From Myxococcota bacterium (GTDB lineage Bacteria; Myxococcota_A; SURF-8), in assembly GCA_963674735.2 (NCBI GenBank), contig CAXXQS010000001.1:1568001-1632000 (forward strand): a stretch of 64,000 nucleotides of DNA. Direction: 5' to 3'. The position numbers and the translations under genes are program-made. Positions 8,938 through 17,741 of the stretch are shown here, one piece after another. A model generated the notes under the pieces. The model was not told the DNA's origin. It ran no database searches and saw nothing but the letters and a program-made list of their open reading frames with translations. Position 1 is the stretch's first letter, and every line of letters begins with the position of its first letter.

Positions 8938-10266
8938 TTATCGAGAAGATCGGCCGGTAGGAAAGAGCATTTCGCGGCGTCCCAGCGCATTGATCATGCG
9001 TTCCACAATCCCCAGTGTGCCCCGATAACCGTAACTGGGATGCGGCAGCAAGCGGTGCGTATAGATGGAGGCATATCCCCATTCGACGGCGGCGACCCCC
9101 AACCGCAAGGATTCGGACGCGATGGCGCTGTCGCCGAAACACAGATCCACACAACCCGGACCCGTCTGCTTTTCCACCACCCGGCGCAAGTGATCGAGGG
9201 TGGGATCGTGGATCAGCGGGCAGGCATACTCGTTGGCCCAGTCCCACTCGCCATGAATATCTTTCACGTTGCTGTACAGGCCTTCGATGCGAGCACCGAA
9301 GAAACGAAGCAGACCGGCCAGGGCTTCGAGTTCGTGGGGATCGGCCACCAGCATGACCCCGAGATCGACCAGCCAATGGGGCACGATCCATTTGAGCGGC
9401 GCCAGCATCTCGCGTTCACCTTGGCGGATGGCGGCCTGCGCCTGCGCCTCGCGCTTGGTGTGCGCAGCCAGCCGTTTCAGAAACGCGGCGGTCGGATCGG
9501 GACCGATGGGCAGTGGCAAATCGAGACAATCACGATTCAGCCGTCTGGCCAGCACCTTCGCCGCTTTGCGTCCATAAGGCAGCGACACGATCGTTTCGGC
9601 CCTTGCGACCCGCCCCAGTTCGTCCACCGATTCACCGGACGGCCAGACACTCGTCACCTGCAAACCCAGCGACTCGACCAGGGAGCGAAGCTCTGAAACA
9701 TTGGCGCGATCATCCGCTTCGTTGCGGGTGAAAAGCGGTCCGACGATGGCCACACTGTCGGGCTGCGGCTCGCACGTATCCAACGGCAAGCTTTTAGCCA
9801 GGGCCAGCAACGTTTCGCCATAACCGGCCAGCCAATCGCTGTAGAGATCGCGCGCACGCACCTCGATCAGGGGCACCGCCACCTGCTCGGCCAACTCGTC
9901 GAGAATCGCGCCGAGATCTCGTCCGGTAACCGTCACCAGCGACATGGCCGTCGCCAAAACGAGGCGGGTTCCGGGGCTTTCAGCCGCCGCCAGCAAGGTC
10001 TGGCGCAGAACACCTTCCTTCCCGGCCGCCAACTCGCTGAGATTCTGGTCGCTGTGAAAAACACGCCGCCGGTCGCTGTCGATCAGGGTCGACTGCCAAT
10101 CGTGATTGCCCTGCACGCGATCGACTTTGCCCGCCACGCAACTGGGGGCATCGACCACCAGCGCGGCATCGGGAATGGCATTGAGTGCCAGGTATACGCC
10201 GTCGAGATAGGGCTTGGCGATATGCGGAGCAAGATCCGGTTGAGCTGTGGAACGCAAACCCATCAT
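8938..10266 (-). CDS. Divergent nitrogenase component-1 family oxidoreductase subunit (NifK/BchB-like position)
   Basis: GVYLALNAIPDAALVVDAPSC, DWLAGY...L.AL, VAIVG, ANVSELRSLVESLGL.V, LPLPIG...TAAFL and YGYRG patterns of the oxidoreductase-nitrogenase fold. ATGA overlap with the upstream gene. Confidence 0.75.
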   Translation of the reverse strand: MMGLRSTAQPDLAPHIAKPYLDGVYLALNAIPDAALVVDAPSCVAGKVDRVQGNHDWQSTLIDSDRRRVFHSDQNLSELAAGKEGVLRQTLLAAAESPGTRLVLATAMSLVTVTGRDLGAILDELAEQVAVPLIEVRARDLYSDWLAGYGETLLALAKSLPLDTCEPQPDSVAIVGPLFTRNEADDRANVSELRSLVESLGLQVTSVWPSGESVDELGRVARAETIVSLPYGRKAAKVLARRLNRDCLDLPLPIGPDPTAAFLKRLAAHTKREAQAQAAIRQGEREMLAPLKWIVPHWLVDLGVMLVADPHELEALAGLLRFFGARIEGLYSNVKDIHGEWDWANEYACPLIHDPTLDHLRRVVEKQTGPGCVDLCFGDSAIASESLRLGVAAVEWGYASIYTHRLLPHPSYGYRGTLGIVERMINALGRREMLFPTGRSSR

Positions 10267-12407
10267 TTCGCTCCCTGTAAAGCATCCCGCAATCGAGCGG
10301 GGAAATCGTAGCGCGCCAGACGGATAAAGCGCCGCACTGACCGCAACGCGCCTTCAAAGCCTTTCTCGAAATCGCTCAAACCGATTCCGGCGCGACCCGC
10401 ACGCACCAGCCGTTCGTCGTAGGTGGTTTCACTAAACACCGGTCCCGGTGCTCCTGCGGATAACAAACGCTGCAAGTCCTCCGGCGTTTCGAACAACGCC
10501 GTTTCGAAACGTTCATGCGGAATACCCGCATCTTCCAGAATTTCAACCATCCGCCGCTTCAGACGATCCGCCGTAACGGTCAGGTCCGCAGACCGATAAA
10601 TCAGCACGCGGCAACCGATGCCGAACTCATGCAAGAAGGGCAAAGGCGACCAACCGAAGTTTCGTTCGGGTTGCCACAGACGCGAAACCTGTCCCAGATC
10701 GCACACGACATGCAAGGCGGTTCCCGCGGTTTCGGCCCGTAGGGCGTCCCGCCGTCGCTCCCAATCGCTGCGGCGTTCGTCCCAGACCCGTTCCCAGCCT
10801 TGGCTCAGGCCGAATGTTTCCGCCAGTTGCGCACACCAGGCGGCGCTGTTTTCGATACCGAACGGGGCCCCGATTTCGACGACCGGGATACCACTCGGAC
10901 GAAAAACCCCGTCATACAAGCGTCTCCAGCCTTTGTAGGAAAGCAGCACCTGTTTCCAGGCGGCACTGTAACCGCGCAGCTGTTTGAGATCCATGCGCGG
11001 CAACAGGTTGGCGCTCACTCGCACCCCCACAACGGCCAGCAGTTCGGCCAGCTCATCCAGATCCTGTCCGGGCGCATAACCGATCAACGCCAACGACGGA
11101 TCCTGCGACGGCGCGAGCGGTGGGCGGTAGGTCATCAGTTCGCTGAATTGCCGCGCAATCGCGTCTTCATGCGCATCGAAAGCGGCCTGAGGATAGGGAT
11201 TGATAAATGCCACCGAGCGTTTTTCGAGAAGGCGTGTTTTGACGGCACGGCTATCCTGCCCCAGCAATTTTGGGATGCAGGTCGGCAAAAAGAAGACCAG
11301 CCGATCCGGTTCGCCGCTTTCCACGCAGCGTTCCAACAGACCCGCCAGCCGCGCCTCGCCGCCGTCGTGAATCACATCCGCATCGCTGAGCTCCGTGGAC
11401 AGTATCCGTTGTTCCCGTCCCGCAGCCAGCCGCCAGGGAGGGCGAATCTGCCACGCCAGACGCCCACGCGCCATGGGACGCATGGCAATGCAGTTGCGGT
11501 CGCTGTGGCTGACGAAATCGATCTTGTCCGTGGCCTGACTGCACGCCGTACTGACGGCATATTCGTATTCATCCTCGGCCATGAACTGCCGCCAGGCGAT
11601 GTCGGGCGAAGCCTCCAGAGCCGACGGCAGCGGCGCATCCCCTTGCTGCAGAAGATCGATCCAGTCCTCGCGTGAGTCTTCCTCCGGCTCGTCAAGCTGC
11701 AACGCCTCGGGATGGACCCGCCGCGAGAGGGCGAAAGCCACCGCGCGTTCCACCTGATGCGCGTATCCGTTGCGCTGCACATCCGTGCGCTCGTCGCGCG
11801 TGCACCGCAAAATCAGCGCCCCGCGTTCGATGAGGTCTTCCTCCGAATCCGCATTTTCACGATCGTTTCGCGTTGCCGACCGATCGCGCAGTTCCAGATC
11901 GATACGCCGCCCTTCCCGCTCGAAGCGTAGATGCAAGGCGGTTCGTTGCGATTCCGCAAGCGTCACGCGCCATTCAAACCACCCCGCCTGCCCGGCCGCC
12001 AACCACCCCACAGCCAGGTCGTGAAAGCAAGCGGACGCCGTAAAAGAAGGGGCGTCCGGTCCCGGCGGCGCATAGTCGGCAAACGTTTCGCTCGCCACGG
12101 CCCGCGCCAGCGTTTGCACAAGCGCTTTGCCTACGGCATGCTCCAGCCCTTTGCAGGTCAATTCGACGATGGCGAAATCCGACTCCTCGACCTTGGCCTG
12201 CGTGGAACGACGATTGGTCCATAAATACGCGACGTTTCCTTCTTCGCTCGCAAATTCGAACCGCACCGTACCATCCAACTCGGCCCGCGCCCGTCCCCGC
12301 CATGTTTTTTGTGCGCTCGCAGACAGCCATTTGGCCGCCGCCAGCACCAGGCGTTCCAGCCCCAGATCGATACGCGATCGCGGGTTGGGGGGTAACGCGT
12401 CACTCAT
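10263..12407 (-). CDS. Divergent nitrogenase component-1-like subunit with a N-terminal extension of about 280 aa
   Basis: STELSDADVIHDGGEARL, PTCIPKLLGQD, LALIGY...ELAELL..VGVRV, APFGIE.S..W and GFEGA match NifD/NifE/BchN-type motifs. Likely start is the ATG at 12407, overlapping the NifH-like stop; the ORF track extends to 12458. Confidence 0.65.
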   Translation of the reverse strand: MSDALPPNPRSRIDLGLERLVLAAAKWLSASAQKTWRGRARAELDGTVRFEFASEEGNVAYLWTNRRSTQAKVEESDFAIVELTCKGLEHAVGKALVQTLARAVASETFADYAPPGPDAPSFTASACFHDLAVGWLAAGQAGWFEWRVTLAESQRTALHLRFEREGRRIDLELRDRSATRNDRENADSEEDLIERGALILRCTRDERTDVQRNGYAHQVERAVAFALSRRVHPEALQLDEPEEDSREDWIDLLQQGDAPLPSALEASPDIAWRQFMAEDEYEYAVSTACSQATDKIDFVSHSDRNCIAMRPMARGRLAWQIRPPWRLAAGREQRILSTELSDADVIHDGGEARLAGLLERCVESGEPDRLVFFLPTCIPKLLGQDSRAVKTRLLEKRSVAFINPYPQAAFDAHEDAIARQFSELMTYRPPLAPSQDPSLALIGYAPGQDLDELAELLAVVGVRVSANLLPRMDLKQLRGYSAAWKQVLLSYKGWRRLYDGVFRPSGIPVVEIGAPFGIENSAAWCAQLAETFGLSQGWERVWDERRSDWERRRDALRAETAGTALHVVCDLGQVSRLWQPERNFGWSPLPFLHEFGIGCRVLIYRSADLTVTADRLKRRMVEILEDAGIPHERFETALFETPEDLQRLLSAGAPGPVFSETTYDERLVRAGRAGIGLSDFEKGFEGALRSVRRFIRLARYDFPARLRDALQGAK

Positions 12408-13233
12408 CTTGAGCCCCTGTATCGGGGGTACGCGCAAAGGCGTAAAATTCTTTCTCATCCAGAGGAGTGGGAATCACGGCATCGACAAGCGGCAGACCCT
12501 CCACCCGCTCGGCAATCGCGCTCAAGATGCCTGCCACCTCGCTATCGGGAGCCTGTTCGACCACCGTTCGTCCGGCCAGCTCGGCTTTGCGAATCCGCGC
12601 ATCGCGCGGCACCACACCGACAATCGGCGCCCCGATCCGACGCGCAAACTCTTCAAGCTTGTCCAGCGGTTCGTTATTGTCGCGTCGGTTGACCAGCAGC
12701 CCGCCCAGGCGTGAACCGTTACGGGCCAGCCGCACGATCATGCGCGCCACGTTGTTGGCGGCGTAAAGCGACATCATCTCTTCACTGGTCACGATAAACA
12801 CCAATTCGGCGAAACCCTGACGCAGGGGGCCAGCGAAACCGCCGCACACCACATCGCCCAAGACATCGAAAACGGTCAGATCGTAGCCACGCTCCATGAC
12901 CTCGAAGTCGTCGAAGATATCCAGCATCCGGGCAATGCCGCGTCCGCCGCAGCCGATCCCCGGCTCCGGTCCGCCCGCTTCCACCAGGTCGATGCCGTTA
13001 CGCCCGGTGACCAGAATCTCTTCCAGCTTCGACACGCGGTCGTCGTTGCGCAGCAGAACTTCGACCACCGGAACGGGCGGATGACCATCGGCCAGCGTGT
13101 AGGTGGAGTCATGTTTGGGGTCGCACCCGACATGCAACACCCGTCGTCCCTTTAGGGCCGCACACATGCTCACCGCCGCCGCCAGGGTCGATTTGCCGAT
13201 TCCGCCTTTTCCATAGAGGGCGATTCGTTTCAT
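12400..13233 (-). CDS. nifH: NifH/BchL/CfbC-family Fe protein (nitrogenase reductase-like ATPase), probably not for N2 fixation
   Basis: IALYGKGGIGKST, GCDPKHDST, EAGGPEPGIGCGGRG, DVLGDVVCGGFA and E.MSLYAANN; both cluster-ligating Cys are kept. Start ATG at 13233 with GGAG upstream. Confidence 0.92.
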   Translation of the reverse strand: MKRIALYGKGGIGKSTLAAAVSMCAALKGRRVLHVGCDPKHDSTYTLADGHPPVPVVEVLLRNDDRVSKLEEILVTGRNGIDLVEAGGPEPGIGCGGRGIARMLDIFDDFEVMERGYDLTVFDVLGDVVCGGFAGPLRQGFAELVFIVTSEEMMSLYAANNVARMIVRLARNGSRLGGLLVNRRDNNEPLDKLEEFARRIGAPIVGVVPRDARIRKAELAGRTVVEQAPDSEVAGILSAIAERVEGLPLVDAVIPTPLDEKEFYAFARTPDTGAQDE

Positions 13234-13275
13234 GCCGCACTCAGTCTCCGTTGAAGGTCCGAAAAATGCTACCGC

Positions 13276-13304
13276 ATTATAGCCGAAGCGCCGGTCATAG
13301 CGAA
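13276..13304 (-). promoter_or_regulatory. Putative sigma70-type promoter of the nitrogenase-like operon
   Basis: Perfect TATAAT on the minus strand (13276-13281), with a weak -35 (TTCGCT) 17 bp upstream. Confidence 0.4.
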
Positions 13305-13461
13305 AGGCATTTGACCTGTCGTTCATCATTTCGCCTTGCCGGACAGAAACTCAGCACAATTGATTTCCTTGCTAGTCCCGTGATTTTCTGACATGATTAA
13401 AAAATGGGAGTTTCGATCAGTTATAAGGGAGGCACCCCTCCCCATCCTTCGTGGAAAAACC

Positions 13462-13506
13462 GCCCTTTTTCACAATGGGCGAGGTTGCGGTCAAGCCCTT
13501 TTTCAC
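13462..13506. promoter_or_regulatory. 12-bp direct repeat, candidate regulator site
   Basis: GCCCTTTTTCAC occurs at 13462-13473 and 13495-13506 (33-bp period) in the divergent intergenic region. Confidence 0.4.
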
Positions 13507-13598
13507 CCGGTGACTTCTACGACGGCCGAGAGGTGGGTTGACAAGTGCCGATGATTCTTTGTTTTCATCGGTCGAAGTTTTTAGAATGGGGTGGTGTC

Positions 13599-16541
13599 AT
13601 GGCACGAAATCAAACTCCGATCAAAGATGAACTCGCCGTCTTAAAACAGATTTGCGATGTTTCGCCGTGTTCGATCATGATCTTTCAAGATGAACGATAT
13701 ATTTTTGCCAACCCGACGGGAGCCCAAAGGCTTGGTTACGCATCCCCTGAAGAGATTGTCGGACTTAGCATCTGGGACACAATCCATCCATCCCAACACA
13801 AACTCATACGCGAACGCAAACAGATTCTGGATCGCGGTCAACGCAATCAGGTTATCCCGCTTTCAATCATTCAACCGGACGGCACCAACATCATCGTCGA
13901 ATCGACCTCCGTCGCGATCGTCGTCAACGATCGGCCCGCCGTTCTGGTGACGGGACTCTACTCCAAAGAACGCGAGGTTATCCTTTCGAATCTCAAGCAG
14001 GAAAAAGAACGCTCGCAGCGGTTTCTCGATTTTCTCGGAACGATTTTCATCGTGCTCAATACCGAACTTGAAGTCGAGTTCATCAACCGCGAAGGCCTGA
14101 GAGTGCTCGGTTGTAATCGGCAGGAAACAATCGGAAAGGTGTGGAATACGTTAGCCATACCCGCCGATCACCAAGAAATGATGCACGCGCGCTTGACAGA
14201 GATTCTCCCGCAACAGAAGCTTGAATTCCAATCTCCGATCGTCACTTGCTCGGGAGAAATCAGGCACGTTAGCTGGCATGCCACCTATCTCGACGCAAAT
14301 ACCGAGCATGCTGCCGCGATCCTTCTTAGCGGCGACGATATCACCGACAAGCTCATTACGGAGAATGCGCTACGCCAAAAAACTCAGTTACTCGACCGCA
14401 TGCTGGATGGCATGCCGGACATGGTTTCCATTCACGATGCCGATTACAACATTCTGTACAGCAACTGGAAAGGCTATGCCGATATTCCCAAAGAGAGCCG
14501 CCATCTCGGCAAGCCATGCCACAGCACCTATCGCGGTTTTCCCGAGCCATGCCCGGATTGTCAGGCCAAACTCGTATTCGAAACCAAAACCCCCATACAG
14601 CGTCAAGTACATCTACCCAACGAAAAATGGGTGGAGATTCGCGCGATCCCCATTTTGGATTCGGACAACAATGTCGAACTTGTCGTCGAAATGGTTCGGG
14701 ACATCAGTCAAATCAAAGAAGCCGAACAAGCTCTGTATTTCAGCGAGGAAAAATATCGGAATCTCATCAACACCACGAACACAGGCTTCGTCACGATTTC
14801 CGGGGCCGAAGGACGCGTGCTGGAAGCCAATCAGGTATTCGTCAAAATGACCGGGCATCAAAGCATCGCCGAAATCCTCGGCCGTTCGGTACTCGAGTTT
14901 ACGGCACCCTACGATATCGAACGCAGCCGACAGAAAATCCAGAAATGCTTGAACAGCGGACATATTTACAGCCTGACGGTCGACACATGCTCCCCGGACG
15001 GTCGAATCCTCCCAATCGAGATCAACGCGGGGACGCTGGAAACCTCCAACGGAGTGGTCATTCAGGCCATTATCCACGATATCTCCGAACGAAAAGACTT
15101 GGAAAAAGAACGAAAACGCCTGTTCAATCTCCCCATGGACCTGTTATGTATCACCAACATGAAAGGACATTTCAAGACAATCAATCCGGCCTGGGCGACG
15201 ACGACCGGCTGGTATGAAAACGAACTTATCGGGGCCTCGCTTTTCGACTTTATTCATCCCGATGACATAAAAGATGCAATCGATTCGACCCGCGTGTTCA
15301 AAGAAGGCAAAGCCGTCAGGCAGATGATACTTCGCTTCCGAACCAAAGCGGGCTCGTATATATGGCTTTCCTGGAATGCCGACCCAATACCGTCCGAAGA
15401 TTCCGTTTTTGCCATTGCCCGTGACGTGAGCAAGCAAATCGAAATGGAAGAATCCTTACGAAGTAGCGAAGCGAAGATGAAAAGCATCTTTCGCGCAGCG
15501 CCGATCGGAATCGGCGTCGTTATAAAACGCGTTTTCGTACAAATCAACGAACGATTCTGCGAAATGACCGGTTACTCGGAAAACGAGTTATTGGGTAAAA
15601 GCACTCGCATGGTTTACCGGGATGAGGAGGAATTCCTACGTGTCGGACGGGAAAATCGTCGACAACACCTCATCCAGAATACGGGATCCATCGAAACCCA
15701 ATGGGTTACCAAAACCGGTGACACCATCGATATTTTGTTGAATTCCACCCGTATCGACCCAGCCGATTTTGACAAAGGGATCACGTTTACGGCGCTTGAT
15801 ATCACACAAAAACGCCTTGAAGAAGCGGGCTTACGCCATCAGCAGAAACTCGAAGCGATCGGCACCTTGGCCGGTGGTGTCGCGCATGAAATCAACAATC
15901 CGATCAACATCATCCTGAATTACGGCAACCTGATTCATCTCGACGCCCCGCCGGACAGTCAGATTTCCCAAGATGCCATGGAAATCGTCAACGAAAGCCG
16001 CCGTATCGCCGGTATCGTCAAGAACCTGCTGGCCTTTTCGCGTCAGGACCAGGAAACCCAGTCGTCCGCCTCGATGACGACCATCATCCACGACACCCTG
16101 TCCCTGACGCACAAAATATTGGAAAAGGACCAAATCACCATCGAAACCGATGTTGCCGACGACCTGCCGGTATTCGATTGTCGCCCACAGCAACTGATGC
16201 AGGTGCTGATGAACCTCATCACCAACGCCCGAGATGCGCTAAACGACAAATATCACGCATTTTCACCCGAGAAACGCATCCTGATTTCAGCCACGTTGAT
16301 CGAGCAGGAAGGCAAGAAACAGATCCGCACCACGGTCGAGGATCGCGGCGACGGTATCCCCGACTCGATTCTTGCACGCATCTTCGATCCGTTTTTCACC
16401 AGCAAACAAAAAGATAAAGGAACGGGGCTCGGGCTTTCGGTCAGCCATGGAATCATTAAAGACCACGGCGGACGCCTGCACGTCGAGTCGAAAGTCGACC
16501 ATTACACTCGTTTTCATTTCGATCTGCCGCTTGAAGGATAG
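13599..16541 (+). CDS. Cytoplasmic multi-PAS (about 6 domains) histidine kinase
   Basis: Tandem PAS/PAC repeats, one with a C-x8-C-x2-C motif (PCHSTYRGFPEPCPDC). H-box GVAHEINNP and HATPase boxes are present; no TM segment or receiver domain. Confidence 0.92.
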   Translation: MARNQTPIKDELAVLKQICDVSPCSIMIFQDERYIFANPTGAQRLGYASPEEIVGLSIWDTIHPSQHKLIRERKQILDRGQRNQVIPLSIIQPDGTNIIVESTSVAIVVNDRPAVLVTGLYSKEREVILSNLKQEKERSQRFLDFLGTIFIVLNTELEVEFINREGLRVLGCNRQETIGKVWNTLAIPADHQEMMHARLTEILPQQKLEFQSPIVTCSGEIRHVSWHATYLDANTEHAAAILLSGDDITDKLITENALRQKTQLLDRMLDGMPDMVSIHDADYNILYSNWKGYADIPKESRHLGKPCHSTYRGFPEPCPDCQAKLVFETKTPIQRQVHLPNEKWVEIRAIPILDSDNNVELVVEMVRDISQIKEAEQALYFSEEKYRNLINTTNTGFVTISGAEGRVLEANQVFVKMTGHQSIAEILGRSVLEFTAPYDIERSRQKIQKCLNSGHIYSLTVDTCSPDGRILPIEINAGTLETSNGVVIQAIIHDISERKDLEKERKRLFNLPMDLLCITNMKGHFKTINPAWATTTGWYENELIGASLFDFIHPDDIKDAIDSTRVFKEGKAVRQMILRFRTKAGSYIWLSWNADPIPSEDSVFAIARDVSKQIEMEESLRSSEAKMKSIFRAAPIGIGVVIKRVFVQINERFCEMTGYSENELLGKSTRMVYRDEEEFLRVGRENRRQHLIQNTGSIETQWVTKTGDTIDILLNSTRIDPADFDKGITFTALDITQKRLEEAGLRHQQKLEAIGTLAGGVAHEINNPINIILNYGNLIHLDAPPDSQISQDAMEIVNESRRIAGIVKNLLAFSRQDQETQSSASMTTIIHDTLSLTHKILEKDQITIETDVADDLPVFDCRPQQLMQVLMNLITNARDALNDKYHAFSPEKRILISATLIEQEGKKQIRTTVEDRGDGIPDSILARIFDPFFTSKQKDKGTGLGLSVSHGIIKDHGGRLHVESKVDHYTRFHFDLPLEG

Positions 16542-16559
16542 CGCGATTGGCAAACTCGA

Positions 16560-17738
16560 TCAGCTCGGCAGGCGGATGCTCAGATCGCTGATCGGATAAC
16601 TGACGCACGGATGGATGTACCCGTTCAAGCGATCCGACTCGCGCACGCCGGTTTGCGGCGGCATAAATACCCGCCCGCTCAGCAATTTGGAACGGCAATA
16701 GCTGCATTCGCCCGATCGACAAAGCGCCGGAATCTGTCGACCCTGCCGCTCCAGCGCGTTTATCAGCGGCTCGCCCGCCAGAACGTCCATCGAACCGCCC
16801 CCTTCGATCTGCAAAGTAAAGCGCGAATCCGCCTTCACTTGCGCAGGCCATCCGGGCGTTTGCGTAATGTCTGCGGGCGGTCCGTAGGCTTCGCGGCGAA
16901 TGCGATGTTCCTCCACGTCCAGTTTCTGCAGTTCCGGAAGCACGAAATCATACAAGGCGTTCGGACCGCAGATAAATAGGGTTTTCCCCTTCAGCGGCCC
17001 GACATGCTTGCCGATGATGTGTTCAGTGATGAAACCGCGCACGCCACGGTAGTTTTCCTCGGGTTCGGATAACACCAGCGCGTAATTGAACTGCGGATTC
17101 TTGCGTGCGAGCCGATCGATAGCGGAACGAAAGATGGTTTCTTCCAGGTTCCGGCTGCCGTAAATCAAATGAATCTTCCGCGGCCAGCCTTTGTTGGCCT
17201 GATCGCGAAGCATACTCATAAACGGCGTAATCCCGCTGCCACCGGCGATAAAGACCCATTCGCCGCGCTCGATCAAGGGCTCGATATAAAAACGCCCGGC
17301 CGGTCCGCTGCTTTCGAAAGTCTGTCCCACCTGTGCATGGTCGAGCAGATAACCGCTCACGAAACCATCGGGTTTGACGCGCACGGTGAGATCCAAGGTG
17401 TCGTGCTGAGGCGGACTTGAGATGCTATACGGGCGGCTGGTGGCCACTCCGTTGACGCTCAGAAACAAATTGACGTATTGCCCGGCGCGAAAAGGCGGCA
17501 AGGGGCCGTCCACACGAGTGAAACGAAAGGTTTTCGTGCTGGGCGTTTCATCCACCGCTTCGACCAGCTTCAACTGCATTTTCTCAGGGTGCAGGCGCTC
17601 GACGGTTTCGCGCACCTGTTTGCGCCACTTGTCGGAGCTATAGTCCACCCCTTCGCCCTCATCCAGGCGTTTACGCTGCATGAGCTGGCGCGGTATTTCG
17701 AGCAAATCTTTCAACAGGGGAAACAGTTCGGCTGGCAT
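16560..17738 (-). CDS. FAD/NAD(P)H ferredoxin reductase with C-terminal 2Fe-2S domain (Hcr/PaaE-like)
   Basis: FRAGQY, RPYSISS, G.VSGYL, AGGSGITPF, ICGP, and CRSGECSYC...C. Confidence 0.9.
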   Translation of the reverse strand: MPAELFPLLKDLLEIPRQLMQRKRLDEGEGVDYSSDKWRKQVRETVERLHPEKMQLKLVEAVDETPSTKTFRFTRVDGPLPPFRAGQYVNLFLSVNGVATSRPYSISSPPQHDTLDLTVRVKPDGFVSGYLLDHAQVGQTFESSGPAGRFYIEPLIERGEWVFIAGGSGITPFMSMLRDQANKGWPRKIHLIYGSRNLEETIFRSAIDRLARKNPQFNYALVLSEPEENYRGVRGFITEHIIGKHVGPLKGKTLFICGPNALYDFVLPELQKLDVEEHRIRREAYGPPADITQTPGWPAQVKADSRFTLQIEGGGSMDVLAGEPLINALERQGRQIPALCRSGECSYCRSKLLSGRVFMPPQTGVRESDRLNGYIHPCVSYPISDLSIRLPS

Positions 17739-17741
17739 GGC

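Noticed and set aside
8938-13233. Chlorophyll (DPOR/COR) or coenzyme F430 (CfbCD) biosynthesis genes
   Set aside because: No bch/chl or cfb neighbours. CfbD is a single short subunit, whereas two different subunits are present here.
13400-13525. Fluoride or c-di-GMP riboswitch
   Set aside because: Only fragments match (AAACCGC, TGACTTCTAC); the required 5' elements and spacing are missing.
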